Shown here: one piece after another, positions 50,101 through 63,660 of the stretch
How the letters are laid out: each line of letters starts with the position of its first letter
Numbering within the stretch: the stretch's first letter is position 1
The notes under the pieces: generated by a model
The model's database searches: none
Told to the model about the DNA's origin: nothing
Seen by the model: the letters and a program-made list of their open reading frames with translations, nothing else
Assembly (NCBI RefSeq): GCF_009834535.1
Contig: NC_045696.1
Location: forward strand, 30,878,001-30,942,000
DNA from: Camelus ferus
Taxonomy: Eukaryota
Length of the DNA: 64,000 nucleotides
Direction of reading: 5' to 3'
Made by a program: the position numbers and the translations under genes

Positions 50101-51461
50101 TTGTTTTGCCTGGTTCCCAACTTTAAATACCAGATCCACTTTTGTAATCTGAACTTTTTATCTTACAAAGATAGAATGAACATACTAAACAGAATAAAGC
50201 ATGCATGATTTGATATTCTTCTATGAATGTCAGTTGGAATCAATATTACTTAAGCACAAAGCATATTTGACAGCACAATGTTAGAAGACTTTTATATGCC
50301 TCAGGAACAGAAAGTCTACAAGAGCTCAGCAGAGGGTGAAGGTCGGAATGTAAAGAAACCTATATCTAGGTCCAGGAGGTGCATAAAAAATGCTAGAAGG
50401 CAAATTCTCTAGCTTCTGGCTAAAGTCAGTGAGATGTCACAGTCCAGATGAATCAAGTTTCAGAAAGTAGGATGAATGTCAAATGGCTTGTGCCAAAGAG
50501 CAGCTTGTTCTTGGAGCATGCTTAAGGCCATTTTGTTCAGAGATTTCAGAGAGGAAACAGCCTGCAATTATAATTCTGAAAAGCCCGCTAAAAACCATTT
50601 TTTGAAAAAAAGGATCTTTCAGACACATTGAATTATATGAAATGACTGCCTAGGCCTGCAGCTTCCTGAGAAACTTTTTTGTTGTTAGTAGAAAATTGTT
50701 TCAAGAGCAGAATGACTGGGAGAGAATAAGGCCATGTAGCATTCTGAGCCAAAGTTAGCAGATGTCCTCTTATCTTAAATGTTACATGAACAACAAGGCA
50801 AACAGAATAAAGCATATGGACTTGACAAAATGCAGAGTTGGGTTTAAATAGAAATATACAGTGGCCTTGTTTTAAAGTTTTGAATATACCTTCCTTCCAA
50901 ATGGTGTGACTGACAGCTATGTGCTTCGTTGGCCATAGTTATCCAGCCAGTTACTACTGCACCTCTGGTGTTGCCAAGATGACTTCTATGGTTCCAAATG
51001 CCAATGCCACAGCTAACACATTAGTATCATGCTTGCAATGCTCATATCATCCAACATTAGCTACACTGATGTTCCATCTGTCAGAGAGATATCTGGCACC
51101 TGAATAATAAATGATGCTATATTAGCATGACTTAACAACAATTAATAGCCACCATCTGTTTATTAAAAGCAAGGAAATGTGTCTAAACCTTGGCAAAATC
51201 TTCCTTTGTGAATAAATATTTTTTACTTGTAAAATGGGTCAAAAATATTACAACAAATTGTATGTGAAACAAATATTTTTAAGGGGGGCAAAATACTTCA
51301 TCAAATATGATGTTGCTTTACAACATATTCTATAAATCAATGTCTGAATAATTTTTAATTCTGTCTGGTGGCAGTGTGACAAATGCTTGTTCATGGAAGT
51401 AGAAGGAAAAAACACAACTGTAGGCACAAAAAATAGTTAATGATAACCTAAATATGAAAAA

Positions 51462-51597
51462 TAGTCTTTCTTTGGTTTCCACGGGGGATTGGTTCTATGA
51501 CACCTAGTAGATACCAAACTCTGTGGATGCTCAAGTTTCTTATATAAAATGGAGTAGTTCTGTGAGTGTAGAACCTGCAGACACAGAGGGCTGACTG
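51462..51597 (+). mobile_element. Internally deleted MER2-like (TcMar-Tigger) MITE
   Basis: Left end tagtctttctttggtttccacgggggattggttc; gataccaaactctgtggatgctcaagt; right TIR gcagacacagagggctgactg. Confidence 0.8.
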
Positions 51598-52279
51598 TGT
51601 ACATTAAACATTACAATAAAAGTCACAAGAAATTTGAACTCCTTAGGGCATAAAATATAATGGAAAATTAAACAGCTTAACTGAACAGAAAAAAAAAATT
51701 CTGCCCGAACTCCTTTCCTTAACTAAGATAACTATACCCCGATCCCCAACCTTTTACCTAGCTAATAAAGAAAGAAAATACAGAAGGAAACCAAAATCCA
51801 TAAGTGAATAAATGGAGTAAGTGGAGACAGGGGAAGTCAGATTTCTATAGATACATAATTTAAGGAATGTCAAAATTTTGCCCATCGCTTCTTTATAGGA
51901 CATTGCAAGCTAATATACTGATAATAGTTTACTTATTACAAAGTATCTACATATTTATTTTCAGTGTAGCATGACCTACGTGTAATTTCATGTTTATTCC
52001 AAAGAGATTAACTTCTCCAATGACATAGATATTGTATAACTGTCTTTTCACTTAGAATTTTATAATTCACATTTTTAGAATATATGGATTTATGTTGTAA
52101 TTCTCACTAGCATTATTAAAATTATCAGAGAAATGGAACACTAAACATAAAATTAGACTTCTTAGATTAGTAGTATTTGGTTACTACATGAGGACATTTA
52201 TAGATTTCTCACCAAACCAATTAGCTTTATATTTATTCTTCCTGATTTAAAATCTCATAAATATGATATACCAAGATAT

Positions 52280-52430
52280 TAATACAGCTAACATTTACTA
52301 AGCATTCACTAAATGATATAAGAGACTAGTCTAATTTCTTTTGTTATTATTTAGTTTAACTCTCACAACAACTCTCAGATAAGCATCATTCTTAAATCAT
52401 CTCATTTACTAAGAAGCTTAGGTGCAAGTA
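52280..52430 (-). mobile_element. MIR fragment
   Basis: acagctaacatttactaagcattcacta...atttagtttaactctcacaacaactct. Confidence 0.65.
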
Positions 52431-53799
52431 AGATTTCCAGGTATTTTGGGCAAAATGAATTTTTTCAAACCAGTTTTTCAGTTCTGTAAAAATTGGAATG
52501 AATTTTAAACCCTTTAATGTTGTAGTTTATTATGTATTACTTTAAAACATATCTTGCATGAGTTGGCTTTTCCTAACTTAAACAATATGGAATTCTAATT
52601 TTAACAAATAACAGTATTTACTGTACAGAATATCTTGTTCTCTATAAATTAAATAAGCACACTTTCATTATATTTCACCAAATCATTAATAAACATGTTA
52701 AATGGTATAAAATTAATAATGAAATCCAGTATCATAACCTCAGCGTCCTCTCTCTAGGTTTAAAACAATTCATTTATCAGCCCTCTAGGTATAATTATTC
52801 AACCAGTAACTACAATACATAAATGAACTATCTCCTGCCCTGCTAGAATGAAATTATATTATAAAATACTTCCTGGATCACACAATATAATAAACATATA
52901 AATGAAATAAAATCATCTTAGCATTATGTGAATTTAAATGCACTGTTCGCTTTCTAGATGTCATTATTTTCCTTCCAAAGTGCTACCACATCATCTATTT
53001 TATCTGTTCTAAAATTTTGCAGCAGTAAACATTTACATAATAAATATGCACGTTTTGGAATCCATATCTTTATTGTTTAGTGTAACATATATCATTTGTT
53101 TTGCCTCAGCCAAATTCCTGTAATGTAAACATATCTAAGTTTTGTTGATTTTATTTGTCTCTCTTTTATTTTAGATTACAAATAGTTACAGTAGATAATA
53201 TCTAATTTAGTAGTTGTAACTCTAAAAATCTCTCTAATGTTCAATTTGGATTACAGGGTGAGGAGAATTAAACATCTTGATCCAAGTCTTTTTTCAAATG
53301 TACAAGCATAACTGCATGATATCATCTTTCCCTTTCTTTTGAAAATCATAGAAATTCAAAATGAATCAGGGAGAGAAACCCAGGTTATATGATCAGCACA
53401 AAAATCTGACAGATATTATCTAGATTTCATATTTTATGCAGTACTTGTAAAAGCAAATTGAGCAGAATTGTTTTTTGAATTAAAATTGTGTAGATGCTTT
53501 GAAAGAAGAAATTAGAAAAAGTTCACCAATGATAAGAAAGATCAACCACTGAAATTCCCAGAAAACAATAGCCTAACTATTCTTGACAAGGAGAGCAGCC
53601 TATTATAAAATGCAAAACTATCCTGTCACTGCAATAAAGCTTGCTAGAACAAAGATTGAGAAGGCTTGTTGACTGATGCCTTTCTGGATCAGCTTTGGAT
53701 CAGAGAAGCAGAATAGCTAGGGCCACACAAAAAAACCCACATAAAAACCATGACTACAGGGGAAAAAAAATCTATTACTGTAAAAATACAGCAGGAGAA

Positions 53800-55390
53800 T
53801 ATTTTAGGTTCAAATGTGTCTCCTCATTCCAAAGAATTTAACTCATTTCAAAGAGAATGACTATAGAACAAAACTGGCCAAGAAATAAAATGTTAAAATA
53901 TTGAAAATAAAAATAAATTATAAAATTGGTAAAGATATTCATCACAAAGATACTGACACCAGTTTAGTTAGAAATTGTGCCCCATGTAACTGATGAATAA
54001 AGTCTTACTTCTACATAGAAAGAACAAACACTAGAAAATGAAAGAACACAAATAAATGGAAAGACAATGAAAGGAGATGATTTACTAATTGAAAGATTCA
54101 GAAAAATTGTAGAAGAAAAATCATGGAAATTAAGACAAAATCAGAAAGGGAAATTTCCTGCTGTAGAAACAAAGTAAGTTGGAGCAACAGGATACCAAGA
54201 AAAAAAGAAAGATGAAATGGAAACAAAAAAGGAGTTGGTAAGTTTTGAGATATTAAAAATAAACAAATAAAATTTAAAAATCAAATAAAACTACTTCAAG
54301 CTGTAATTAAAGAAAACTGTGAAACACTTGAAAGTCCAGAATTCTGATGAAATAAAGAGGTAGTCAAGAATCCACTATATGTAGATTAAACTGATCCAAG
54401 ATTTAATTAAACTGTGATATATTCTTAAAAATTAATGAAATTTAAAGACAAAATTGAGAATAGTGATGGAAAAAGATCATGCAAAAACATTAAACTTCAG
54501 ACCACTAGAAACACTTTGGCATAATTCTTAATAAAAAGCACCTCTACACACAGCAAACAAAAAATTAAATTATATAAGTTACAAAAATGGGTTTTTAACA
54601 TACAAACCTCAAGAAATAATGCTCTATGATCTGTTTTTAATGGAAACTACTAAATAACAAATAATTAAGAGGCTCTGAGGAAATTATAATAAAAATTGTT
54701 AGGAAATACTGCATATGTTTAATCATAAAACTAAAACAGAAACAAATGTGAAGCTTAAAGTGAGCAAAGAGAGCCTAAGTATTTTCAGCCTTTACAATGT
54801 ACAAAATAATATCCTTAAGGAAAATTAGTAGTAGCTTAAAAATTAAAGTTTGGGAATAAAGTAAATTTACTAATTATTTCTTTATGTATAACACCTGAAG
54901 GTCAAAGAAGTCAAGTGAAAAGTTCAGTGAAAATTTTGATTATACAAACACTGAAAATTTAATTGCTTTGGCTATTGTTATTGGAGGAGAGAATTTAAAT
55001 GTGCAAAGAAGAAAAAAAAATGCTTATTGTATTGTTTACTCCACCCTTCAGTTTTCTTTTTGTGGAGGAAATAATAAATATTATCAAATTATAGATTACC
55101 AAAGACATTACATAAAGTTGTAATTTTCATAAAAGGTACAGTTAAAGTTGAAACTATCCTAAGTGTCAAAATAACTACAAAGAAACTACAAATATGTGGA
55201 AACTATTTCAATCAATAAAATTGAAGAAAATATAACACATAAAAGAATTTAAAATATTAAAATAGAGAAAATTAGTTAAATAAACTGAAGAACAAAATGC
55301 AAACATATGCCATATCAATACATTACATTTATAATATGTATGTATCATATAAAACAACAAAATTTGTAGAAGAAACACAATGCTACATAA
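53800..55390 (+). mobile_element. Very old L1ME/HAL1-type ORF1 region; host of the nested full-length L1
   Basis: Strongly A-rich degenerate tract with aacatacaaacctcaagaaataatgctctatgatctgtttttaatggaaactacta, resembling an L1ME/HAL1 ORF1 end. Confidence 0.5.
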
Positions 55391-55399
55391 ATACAATAG

Positions 55400-58300
55400 G
55401 GGAGAGTGACATCAGTACCCATGGCAGTATAAGTAATTTCTCTTTTGTCTCACTTTCTCCCAAACTAATTAGACATCTATAAGCAAACAAATGCCTCTGC
55501 AACTTACACTAAGGGACTTGGAAGCATTTTAGCCCACCTATGCATCCAGAAATAAACAAACAATATCTTAGTAAAGACTTCAGATCCAAGGATTCCAGAT
55601 CCTTGGAGAAAAAAGAAAAAGTTTAGAGTACAAAACCAAGCACCCTATGGGTGAAAGAGAGTTTGCAGAAGTCAAGCCTACCTGAGGGCAGATTCCAGCA
55701 CTTCACTGAAGTAAGGTAGAGATGAGTTTGGATATAGAGGAGAGGGAGGAACTCATCAGAGGTATTCCTGCCCATAAGAACACTGCACTGGGATTAAACT
55801 ATCTGACAGCAGCAGCTGTGACCTGTTCCATTAAGAAGGTAGAAAGAGAAAGTGGTGAGTGACTGCCCAGCTATACCAGTTGTGTGGGCTGCAATTGGAG
55901 AAATTCATTTCTCTCCAGTAGTACCCGCATTTTTAAGGAGGGACATCCATGACTGGGTGGAGGGACGAGAAAGGGAAGGGGAGATAAGATTACCCAACAG
56001 CATTAAAGGAATGTGTTTTCTGCTGTCTGCTTCACCACTTCAGCAGAAGTCCACTTACAAGCCTCTGGGAATACCCCACTAGAAGATCACTCCACTGGGC
56101 CCATAGTGCTAAGCCCCCAAGCCCCCAAGTGCTAAACCCACACCTTGACCACTTTACTGTTGACTGCATGTGTCCCCTCCCCAGTGCATCTGCAAGAGCA
56201 AGTTAAGGTAGACAGGGAGCATGGTCAGAAAACGGCCAAGGTCAGTGGGGAAGGGAAAAACCATAAACTTAAGTTATAATGCCATTTTCTGGAATACAAT
56301 AGATAGGTTTCTAATAGCCAACTTGTTGAATTTTAAGAACCAAATAAGCCATAAATGCTTAGCTAAATAAGTATCTGCTACTTCAAATGTGAAAGCACAA
56401 GAACATACCTACAAACAGTACAAAAAGATAAGGTACACAATTTTTATTATGAAAAGGAAATGAGAATTCTCTAGCAACTGAACTCAGAGGAATGGAATAG
56501 TCTTGATTTAACTCAAAGAATTTGGAAAAGCTGTTATAAAGAAATTCAACAAGCTACAAGAAAACTCAAAGGCAATTCAATACAATCAGGAATAAAATTA
56601 ATAAACAGAGGATTTTGTTACCAAAGAGACTGCAATTTTTATTTAAAAAAACCCAAATTCTGAAACTGAAGAATTCAATGAATGAGATTTAAAAAATGCA
56701 ATAGAAAACATCAGTAACAGTACAGACTGGATGGAAGAAAGAATAAGTAACTAGGAGAATAAGAAAATGAAAATAATACAGTTAGAAAAGGATAGAAAAC
56801 TAAGATTTTTAAAAATTAGGAAAGCCTATGAGAGTTATTGGGTTCAATCAGAAAGACAAATATCAGAATGTTTGGGATTTCAGAAAAGAGGGAAGAGGGC
56901 AGAAAGTCTATTTAAAGAATAATAGTTGAGAACTTCCCAAACCTAAGCAAGGACTTGTACATAAAAGTTCATGAATTTAATAGAATACCCTATTATCTTA
57001 ATGCCAAATGGTTTCTCCAAGACACAATACAATGAAACTATTAAAAATCAATGATAAAGAAAATCTTAAAGGCAGCCAGGGGGAACAAAGAAGGTTACTT
57101 ACAAAAGAAACCTCCATTAAACTATCAGCAAATTTCTCAGCAGAAACTATACAGGCCAGGAGGGTGTGGAATTACACACTCAAAGTGTTGAAAAATAAAA
57201 ATTTCCAACCAAGAATATTTATCTGACAAAGTGACCCTTCAGACATGAAGGGGAAATAAAAGCATTCCCAGACAAACAAAAGCTGAGGGAGTTCACCAAC
57301 ACTAGACCAGCCTTGCAAAAAATACTGAAAGGAATTCTCCAAGATGAAATGAAAAATACACTACTAAGTGACATAAAAATAAATGAATGTACACAACACA
57401 CTGGTAAAAATAGATAACAGAATTAGAAAACTGTAACTCTATATAGGATGGTGTGTTAACCACTTAATCAGAGTATAATGGTTTAAGGAAAATAATATTA
57501 AAAATAATTATAGCGATTATAATTTATTAGTAAATACATGACATAAAAAGAGGTAAATTGTGACATCAAAAATATAAAAGGAGAAGAATAAAAGGGTGGG
57601 GCATTATAGGCAAATGAATAAGTTATTTTCAGCATAAAATGGATCTTTTTTCTATGAGATGTTATATGTAACCTTCATCAGAACCACAAAACAAAAATCT
57701 AGAGTAGATTCATAAAGCATAAAAAAGGAGAGACAGAGCATACTACAATGGAAAGCCACTAATTTACAAAGGTAGGCAGAAACATAGCTAAAAAGAAGTC
57801 ATGGAGATACAAAACAACTAGAAGGCAAATGATAAGATGGCAGTAAGCCCTTACAAATCAATAATCATTCTAAATGTAAATGAATTAAATTCACCATTAA
57901 AAGGCAGAGTAGCTAACTGTATTAAATCACACACACATGCACGTGCACACACACACACACACACACACACAAGAGCCAACTATACACTGCCTGCAGGAGA
58001 TTCATTTCAGCTCTAAGGACATACACACTTAAAGTGAAGGGATGGAAGAAGATATTCAATGCAAGAGGAAATCAAAATTAAGTAGGGTTAGCCATACTGA
58101 TACTAGATAAATAGACTTTAAGCCAAAAGTGGTAACAAGAGAAAAAGAAGACTATTACATAGTGATAAAGGGGTCAATAAATCCAGAAGATACAATAATT
58201 ATAAATATATACACACGTAACATTGGAGCACCTAAATATTAAGAAAATACTAACAGATCTGAAGGAAGACAAGAATAGTAGGGGATTTCAATACCCAACA

Positions 58301-61300
58301 TTCAGCAATAGACAGATCATCCAGACAAAAAAGCAGCAAGGAAACAATGGATTTTAATCACACTTTAGGCCAAATTGACTTAACAGATTATATATATACA
58401 CACACAACCTGTCATATACATATATATAACATATATATATATATATATGTAAAATATATATATACACACACACACATATATATAAAACAATATAAAACAT
58501 ATATATAAAATATTACACCCAAGAACTCAAGAATACATATTTTTTATATGATAGTACACAAATAAAGTCACAACAAATGTAAGAAGATGAAATCATACAA
58601 ATTGGCTTTTCTGATCACAAGGGTATGACACTTGAAATCAGTAAGAAAAAGGGTAGAAAAACTACAAATATGTGGAAACTAAACAATACACTTCTGAACA
58701 ATCTATGCATCAAAAAAAATCAAAAGAAAAATTTTAAATATCTCAAAAATAAAACTGGAAACAGCATAATAAAACCTATAGGACGTTGAAAAAGCAGTTC
58801 TGAGAGGAAAGTTTACAGCAAAAAAATGCATACATTAAGAATTAAAAAGATCTCAAATAACCTAAATTTATACCTGAAGGAACTAGAAAAAGAATAAATT
58901 AAGCCCAAAATTAACAGAAGGAAGCAAATAATAAAGATCAGAGTGGAAGTAAATGAAAAAGACTAAAAAAGCAATAGAGTTAAAAAGTAAATAAGAGCTG
59001 ATATTTTAAAAAGAAACAAAATTGACAAGACTTTAGCTCGACTAATGAAAAAAAGACTCAATAAAATTAGAAATTAAAGAGGAGACTTTGTGACTGATTC
59101 TACAGAAATACATAGGATCATGAGAGACTACTACAAAAAAATTATATGCCAAAAATCAAATAGCCCAGAAGAAATGAATAAATTCCTAGAAACAAACAAC
59201 ACCCCAAGACTGAATAAGGAAGAGTTAGAAAATCTAAACAGATCAATAATGAGTAAAGATATTGAATCAGTAATCAAAAACCTACCAACACAGAAAACTA
59301 CAGGACCACATGGCTTCATGGAAGAATTCTACCATTTAAAGAAGCATTAATGAGTCTTTGGAGGAAAGACTTCCAAACTCAATTTTACAAAGCCAGACTT
59401 ACCGTGATACCAAAGTTATACAAGAACACTGCAAGAAAAGAAAACTATAGACCAATATCCCTGATGAATACAGATGCAAAAATTAACAAAATTATTATCA
59501 ACCTGAATTCAAGGACACATTAAAAGGATTGTACATCATGAGCAAGTGGGATTTATTCTTGGGATGCAAGTATGGTTCAACATACACAAATGAATAAATG
59601 TATTACTTCACATTAATATAGACAAAAATTTAAATTACAGTATTATCTCAAAAGATGCAGAAAATGCCTTTCACAAAATACAACATCCTTCCATGATAAA
59701 AAATCTTAACAGTCCAGGTATAGAAGAAACATACCTCAGTATAGTAAATAGGTCTTACAGGACAAACCCACAGCTAACATTACACTCAATGGTGAAAAAT
59801 TGAAAATTTTCCTGAGATTAGAAACAAAAAAAGAATGCTCACTCTCACAACTCTTATTCAATATAATATTGGACGTCCTAGATAGAACAATTAGGTAAGA
59901 AAATGAAATATAAAGCATCCAAATTGGAAAGAAAGAAGTTTTCTTTTTTTAAAAAAGAAGTTAAATTTATTATTGAGAGATTATATGATTTTGCAGGATA
60001 CAAAATCAACATACAAAAATCAGTTGCATTTCTACACATCAATGATGAAACATGTAAATAAAAAAATAAAGAAAACGATATTATTTATAATAGCATAAAA
60101 ACAATAAAATTCATATGAATAAATTTAACCGGGACAGTGAAACATCTGTACAGTGAGAGATCCGTAGAGAAAAACCTGGCAGTGAAAACTCTATGACTTT
60201 GGTCAAAGAAATTGAAGGATATACAGACAAATTGAGTGACATCTTTTGCACATGGATTGGAAAAATATTGTTAAAATGTCCATATTACCTAAAGCGATCT
60301 ATAGATTCAATTTAGTCAAAATTCCAATGCCATTCCTTACAAAAAGAGAAAACAATCCTAGAATTCATAAGGAATTCTAAGGACACTTAATAGCCAAAAC
60401 ATCCTTGAGAAAGAACAAAGCTGGAACTATTATATGTCCCAATTTCAAACTATACTATATATATATATATACATAAACACACACACACACATATACATAT
60501 AATATTTATACTATAAAACTATAGCAATTAAAACAGTATGGTATTGGCATAAATACAGACACAGAAATCAATGGAACAGAGAGTCCAGAAATAAACCTCT
60601 ACACGTACAGTCAACCAGTATTGGACAAGGGAGACAAGAAATGATATTGGAAAAACTGAAAAGCACATGCAGAAGAAACTGTACCCCAATCTTACACGAT
60701 TACAAAATTTACCTCAAAATATATAAAAAATTTAAACAGGAGGCCTGTTACCATAAAACTCTAAGAAAAAAACATAAAGTCCTCAACATTGGTATCATAA
60801 TGATATTTTGGATCTTACACCTAAAGCACAAGGAACAAAAGCACAAATAAATAGGATTACATCCAACTTAAAATCTTCTACACAGCAAAAGAAAAAAAAT
60901 CAGTAAAATAAAAAGGCAATCAACAGAATGGGAGAAATATGTGCAAACCATGTAACAGATAAGGAGTTAAAATACAAAATATGTAAAGAATTCATGCAAC
61001 TCAATTAACATAAAAACAATCCAATTAAAAAATGGGCAGAGGAAATAGACATTTTTCCAAAGAAGACATACAGGTGGCCAACAGGTATATGAAATATTGT
61101 TCAACATCATTAATCATTAGAAAAATTCAATTCAAAATCACAATGAGATATTACCTCAAATCTGTTAGAATGGCTATCATTGAGAAGATCGTAAATAACA
61201 AGTACTGGCAAGAATGTGGAGAAAAAGAAATACTTGTGCAGTGTTGAAATTAATGTAAATTGGTTCAGCCACTATGGAAAACAAAATGGAGGTTCTTCAA

Positions 61301-62016
61301 AAAAATGAAGGTTGATCTACCATATGTTTCAGCAATTCCACTTATGGGTATATACACAAAGGAAATGAAACAGGATATTAAAGAGACATATGCACTCCCA
61401 TGTTGATTGCATCATTATTCATAATAGCCAAGATATGGAGACAATCTAAGCACCCATAAACAGATCTATGGATAAAGAAGATGTGTTGTGATAATATACA
61501 TATATATATATACACACACTCACACATACACACATATATAATGAAATATACAATCATGAGAAACAAGGACATTCTGTCATTTGCAACAATATAGATGAAC
61601 TTGAGGACATATGCTTATGAAGCAAGTCAGACAGAGAAAGACAAATAGTGTATGATATCACTTATATGGGAAATATAAAAAAGGAAAACTTCTAAAATCA
61701 GAGTACAATGATGGTTACCAAGGGATGGGGCGTGAGGGGCTAGGAAAGATGTTTAAGGATACAAACTTGCAACAAGTAATAAATCAGCCCTAGAGATATA
61801 ATGCAGTTTAGTGAATGTAGACAACAATATTATAAACATCAAACTTGCTAGATTTTAATGATTCCATCCACTAGAAACAAATGCTAATTATGTGATATGA
61901 TAGAAGTGTTAATTATTGGTATAATTGCAATCACATTGCAATATATGAATACATCAAATCAACATGTCATACACCTGAAATTTGTACAATAATACGTTGT
62001 TATACATTAAAAAAAG
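55400..62016 (+). mobile_element. Full-length (~6.6 kb) decayed L1, L1MA-age laurasiatherian type
   Basis: 5' start gggagagtgacatcagtacccatggc; ORF1 remnants (57008-57226, SPRHNTMKLLKIND...LSANFSAETIQARR); ORF2 from ~57838 with remnants (59090-59350, 61032-61247); 3'UTR and A-tail; TSD ATACAATAG at 55391-55399 and 62017-62025. Confidence 0.95.
58390..58510. repeat. (TA)/(CA) compound microsatellite within L1 ORF2
   Basis: Directly visible. Confidence 0.9.
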
Positions 62017-62037
62017 ATACAATAGAATTATAGAAGA

Positions 62038-62500
62038 TATTTTTCTTACCACTTTCATTGAGATATACTTGACATACTGTACAGTGGACTTAAATTATGA
62101 AGATCAATGGCTTTTTGCATATTCACAAAGTTATGTAGTCATCACCATATTCAATTTTTTAACATTTATATTACCCCCAAAAGAAACTCTGCACCCATTA
62201 GTAGTCACTCCTCTCTCCTCACTCTAGGGAAATGACTCGGGAAATTACTACTCTAATTTCTGTCTCTATGAAGTTGCTTATTCTTGACATTTTTCATAAA
62301 TGAAATCACACAGTATGTGGTCTTTTTTAATTGATTTCTTTCACTTAAGAGTTTTTCAAGATTTATCCATGTAGTAGTAGCATAATCCATAATTCATATT
62401 TTAGTTGCTGAGTAATATACCCCTATTTGGAAGTACCACATTTTATTTGTCCATCCAGTCAGATGGTGGAAATTTGGGCTGTTTCCATTTTGGGGTAAAT
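62038..62500 (-). mobile_element. L1MB7/8-like 3' end, antisense
   Basis: ctttcattgagatatacttgacatac; cccccaaaagaaactctgcacccattagtagtcactcc; ttctgtctctatgaagttgcttattcttgacattt. Confidence 0.85.
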
Positions 62501-62529
62501 ATGAGATTTTAGTTTTCCTTTCTCTATAC

Positions 62530-63530
62530 TTAACTGAACAAATCAATGAGAAATATTTAAATATACAGAAGACTTAAAATTATTAATTCAGATTTCTTTG
62601 AATTTCTGTCTTTTTAAAATAGTTAATGCATCATCTTTTCAAGTGTTGCCAGACTATTACAATAATTGTATAAACTATGCCATAAAGCTAATCCTACCAT
62701 ATTCAGAAATTTTATAAACATAGGTGAGATATAGACATTATTACACGCTTCCATTTCAGTGAAACTTGAATTCGAAAAATAAAAAAGGCTTTAACTTCTG
62801 CTAACTAAAAAGTATTGCTAAAAACTCCCTATATCAAAGATAAAAGGAGTTGATGTTACAAATCACAAACAGAAACAGTATGTACCAAAAACTATGTGAT
62901 AAGATAACGTGCTTCTCAGAGGTAAACAGAAAAAAAGTGATAGGATTAATATCTGGATTTATAAAAGAATGAACTACAACAACTAAATTAAGCACCTAAT
63001 TAAAGTTGAGGAAAATCAAAATAAACAGTAGGAAAATCAAACATATAGTCAGTAAGAGGAAAATTATAAATTATGTTATCTAGAAAACACTAGAAATCTA
63101 AATGAAGAATTCAAAAAGAAAAAGAAAGAATTCCAAAAATTTGGCTTTTTAAAAATCTTTAAATGGTAAATTATTTCATAAAATAAATTAATGGTAAAAT
63201 GCAAAAATGCAAATAAAAATGGTAAGTTTAAATAGGCAAAGAACAGAATTATGAGACTTACTCACTCATTTCTAATGCAGTTAACATTTCTAATGCTCTG
63301 AAAAAACTTTGGAAACCTAAAATATCATGTTCTAGGAAAATACTAAGCAGATTTCAAAACAGAGAAACCGACTCCAAAGAACTTTCTATGGATGGAATAC
63401 AGAATCTGTCAAAGATTAAATTAAAGCAACAGCAGATTTAGATGTTTTTGCACATTAATACTACCAAGTGATTAAAGATAAATCTAATTGATTTACAGTA
63501 TGAGAAAAAGAAGAATGTTGTAAATAAAAA
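62530..63530 (+). mobile_element. Very old L1ME ORF2 remnant, likely the continuation of the 53.8-55.4 kb element
   Basis: tcttttcaagtg...gccataaagctaatc (EN region); aaaaatttggctttttaaaa; gatttagatgtttttgca. Confidence 0.5.
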
Positions 63531-63628
63531 AACTCCATCTTGTTTCCTCCACCCCCTCCCTGAATCCCAACCTTGATACTGCTCGCTCTAGTTTTCTGTC
63601 TTGCTCGCACGTGCCTTGCTCTCACACT

Positions 63629-63634
<6 letters not shown>

Positions 63635-63660
<26 letters not shown>
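63635..63660. repeat. (CA)13 preceded by (CG)3
   Basis: Directly visible alternating purine-pyrimidine tract. Confidence 0.97.

Noticed and set aside
50890..51097. Minus-strand segment with good acceptor and donor
   Set aside because: Stops in all frames; ggaaccatagaagtcatcttggcaacacc resembles old MLT1 LTR text. At most a non-coding exon.
57008..61247. Active L1 ORF1/ORF2
   Set aside because: Many stops, frameshifts, small deletions and microsatellite insertions; retrotransposition-dead.
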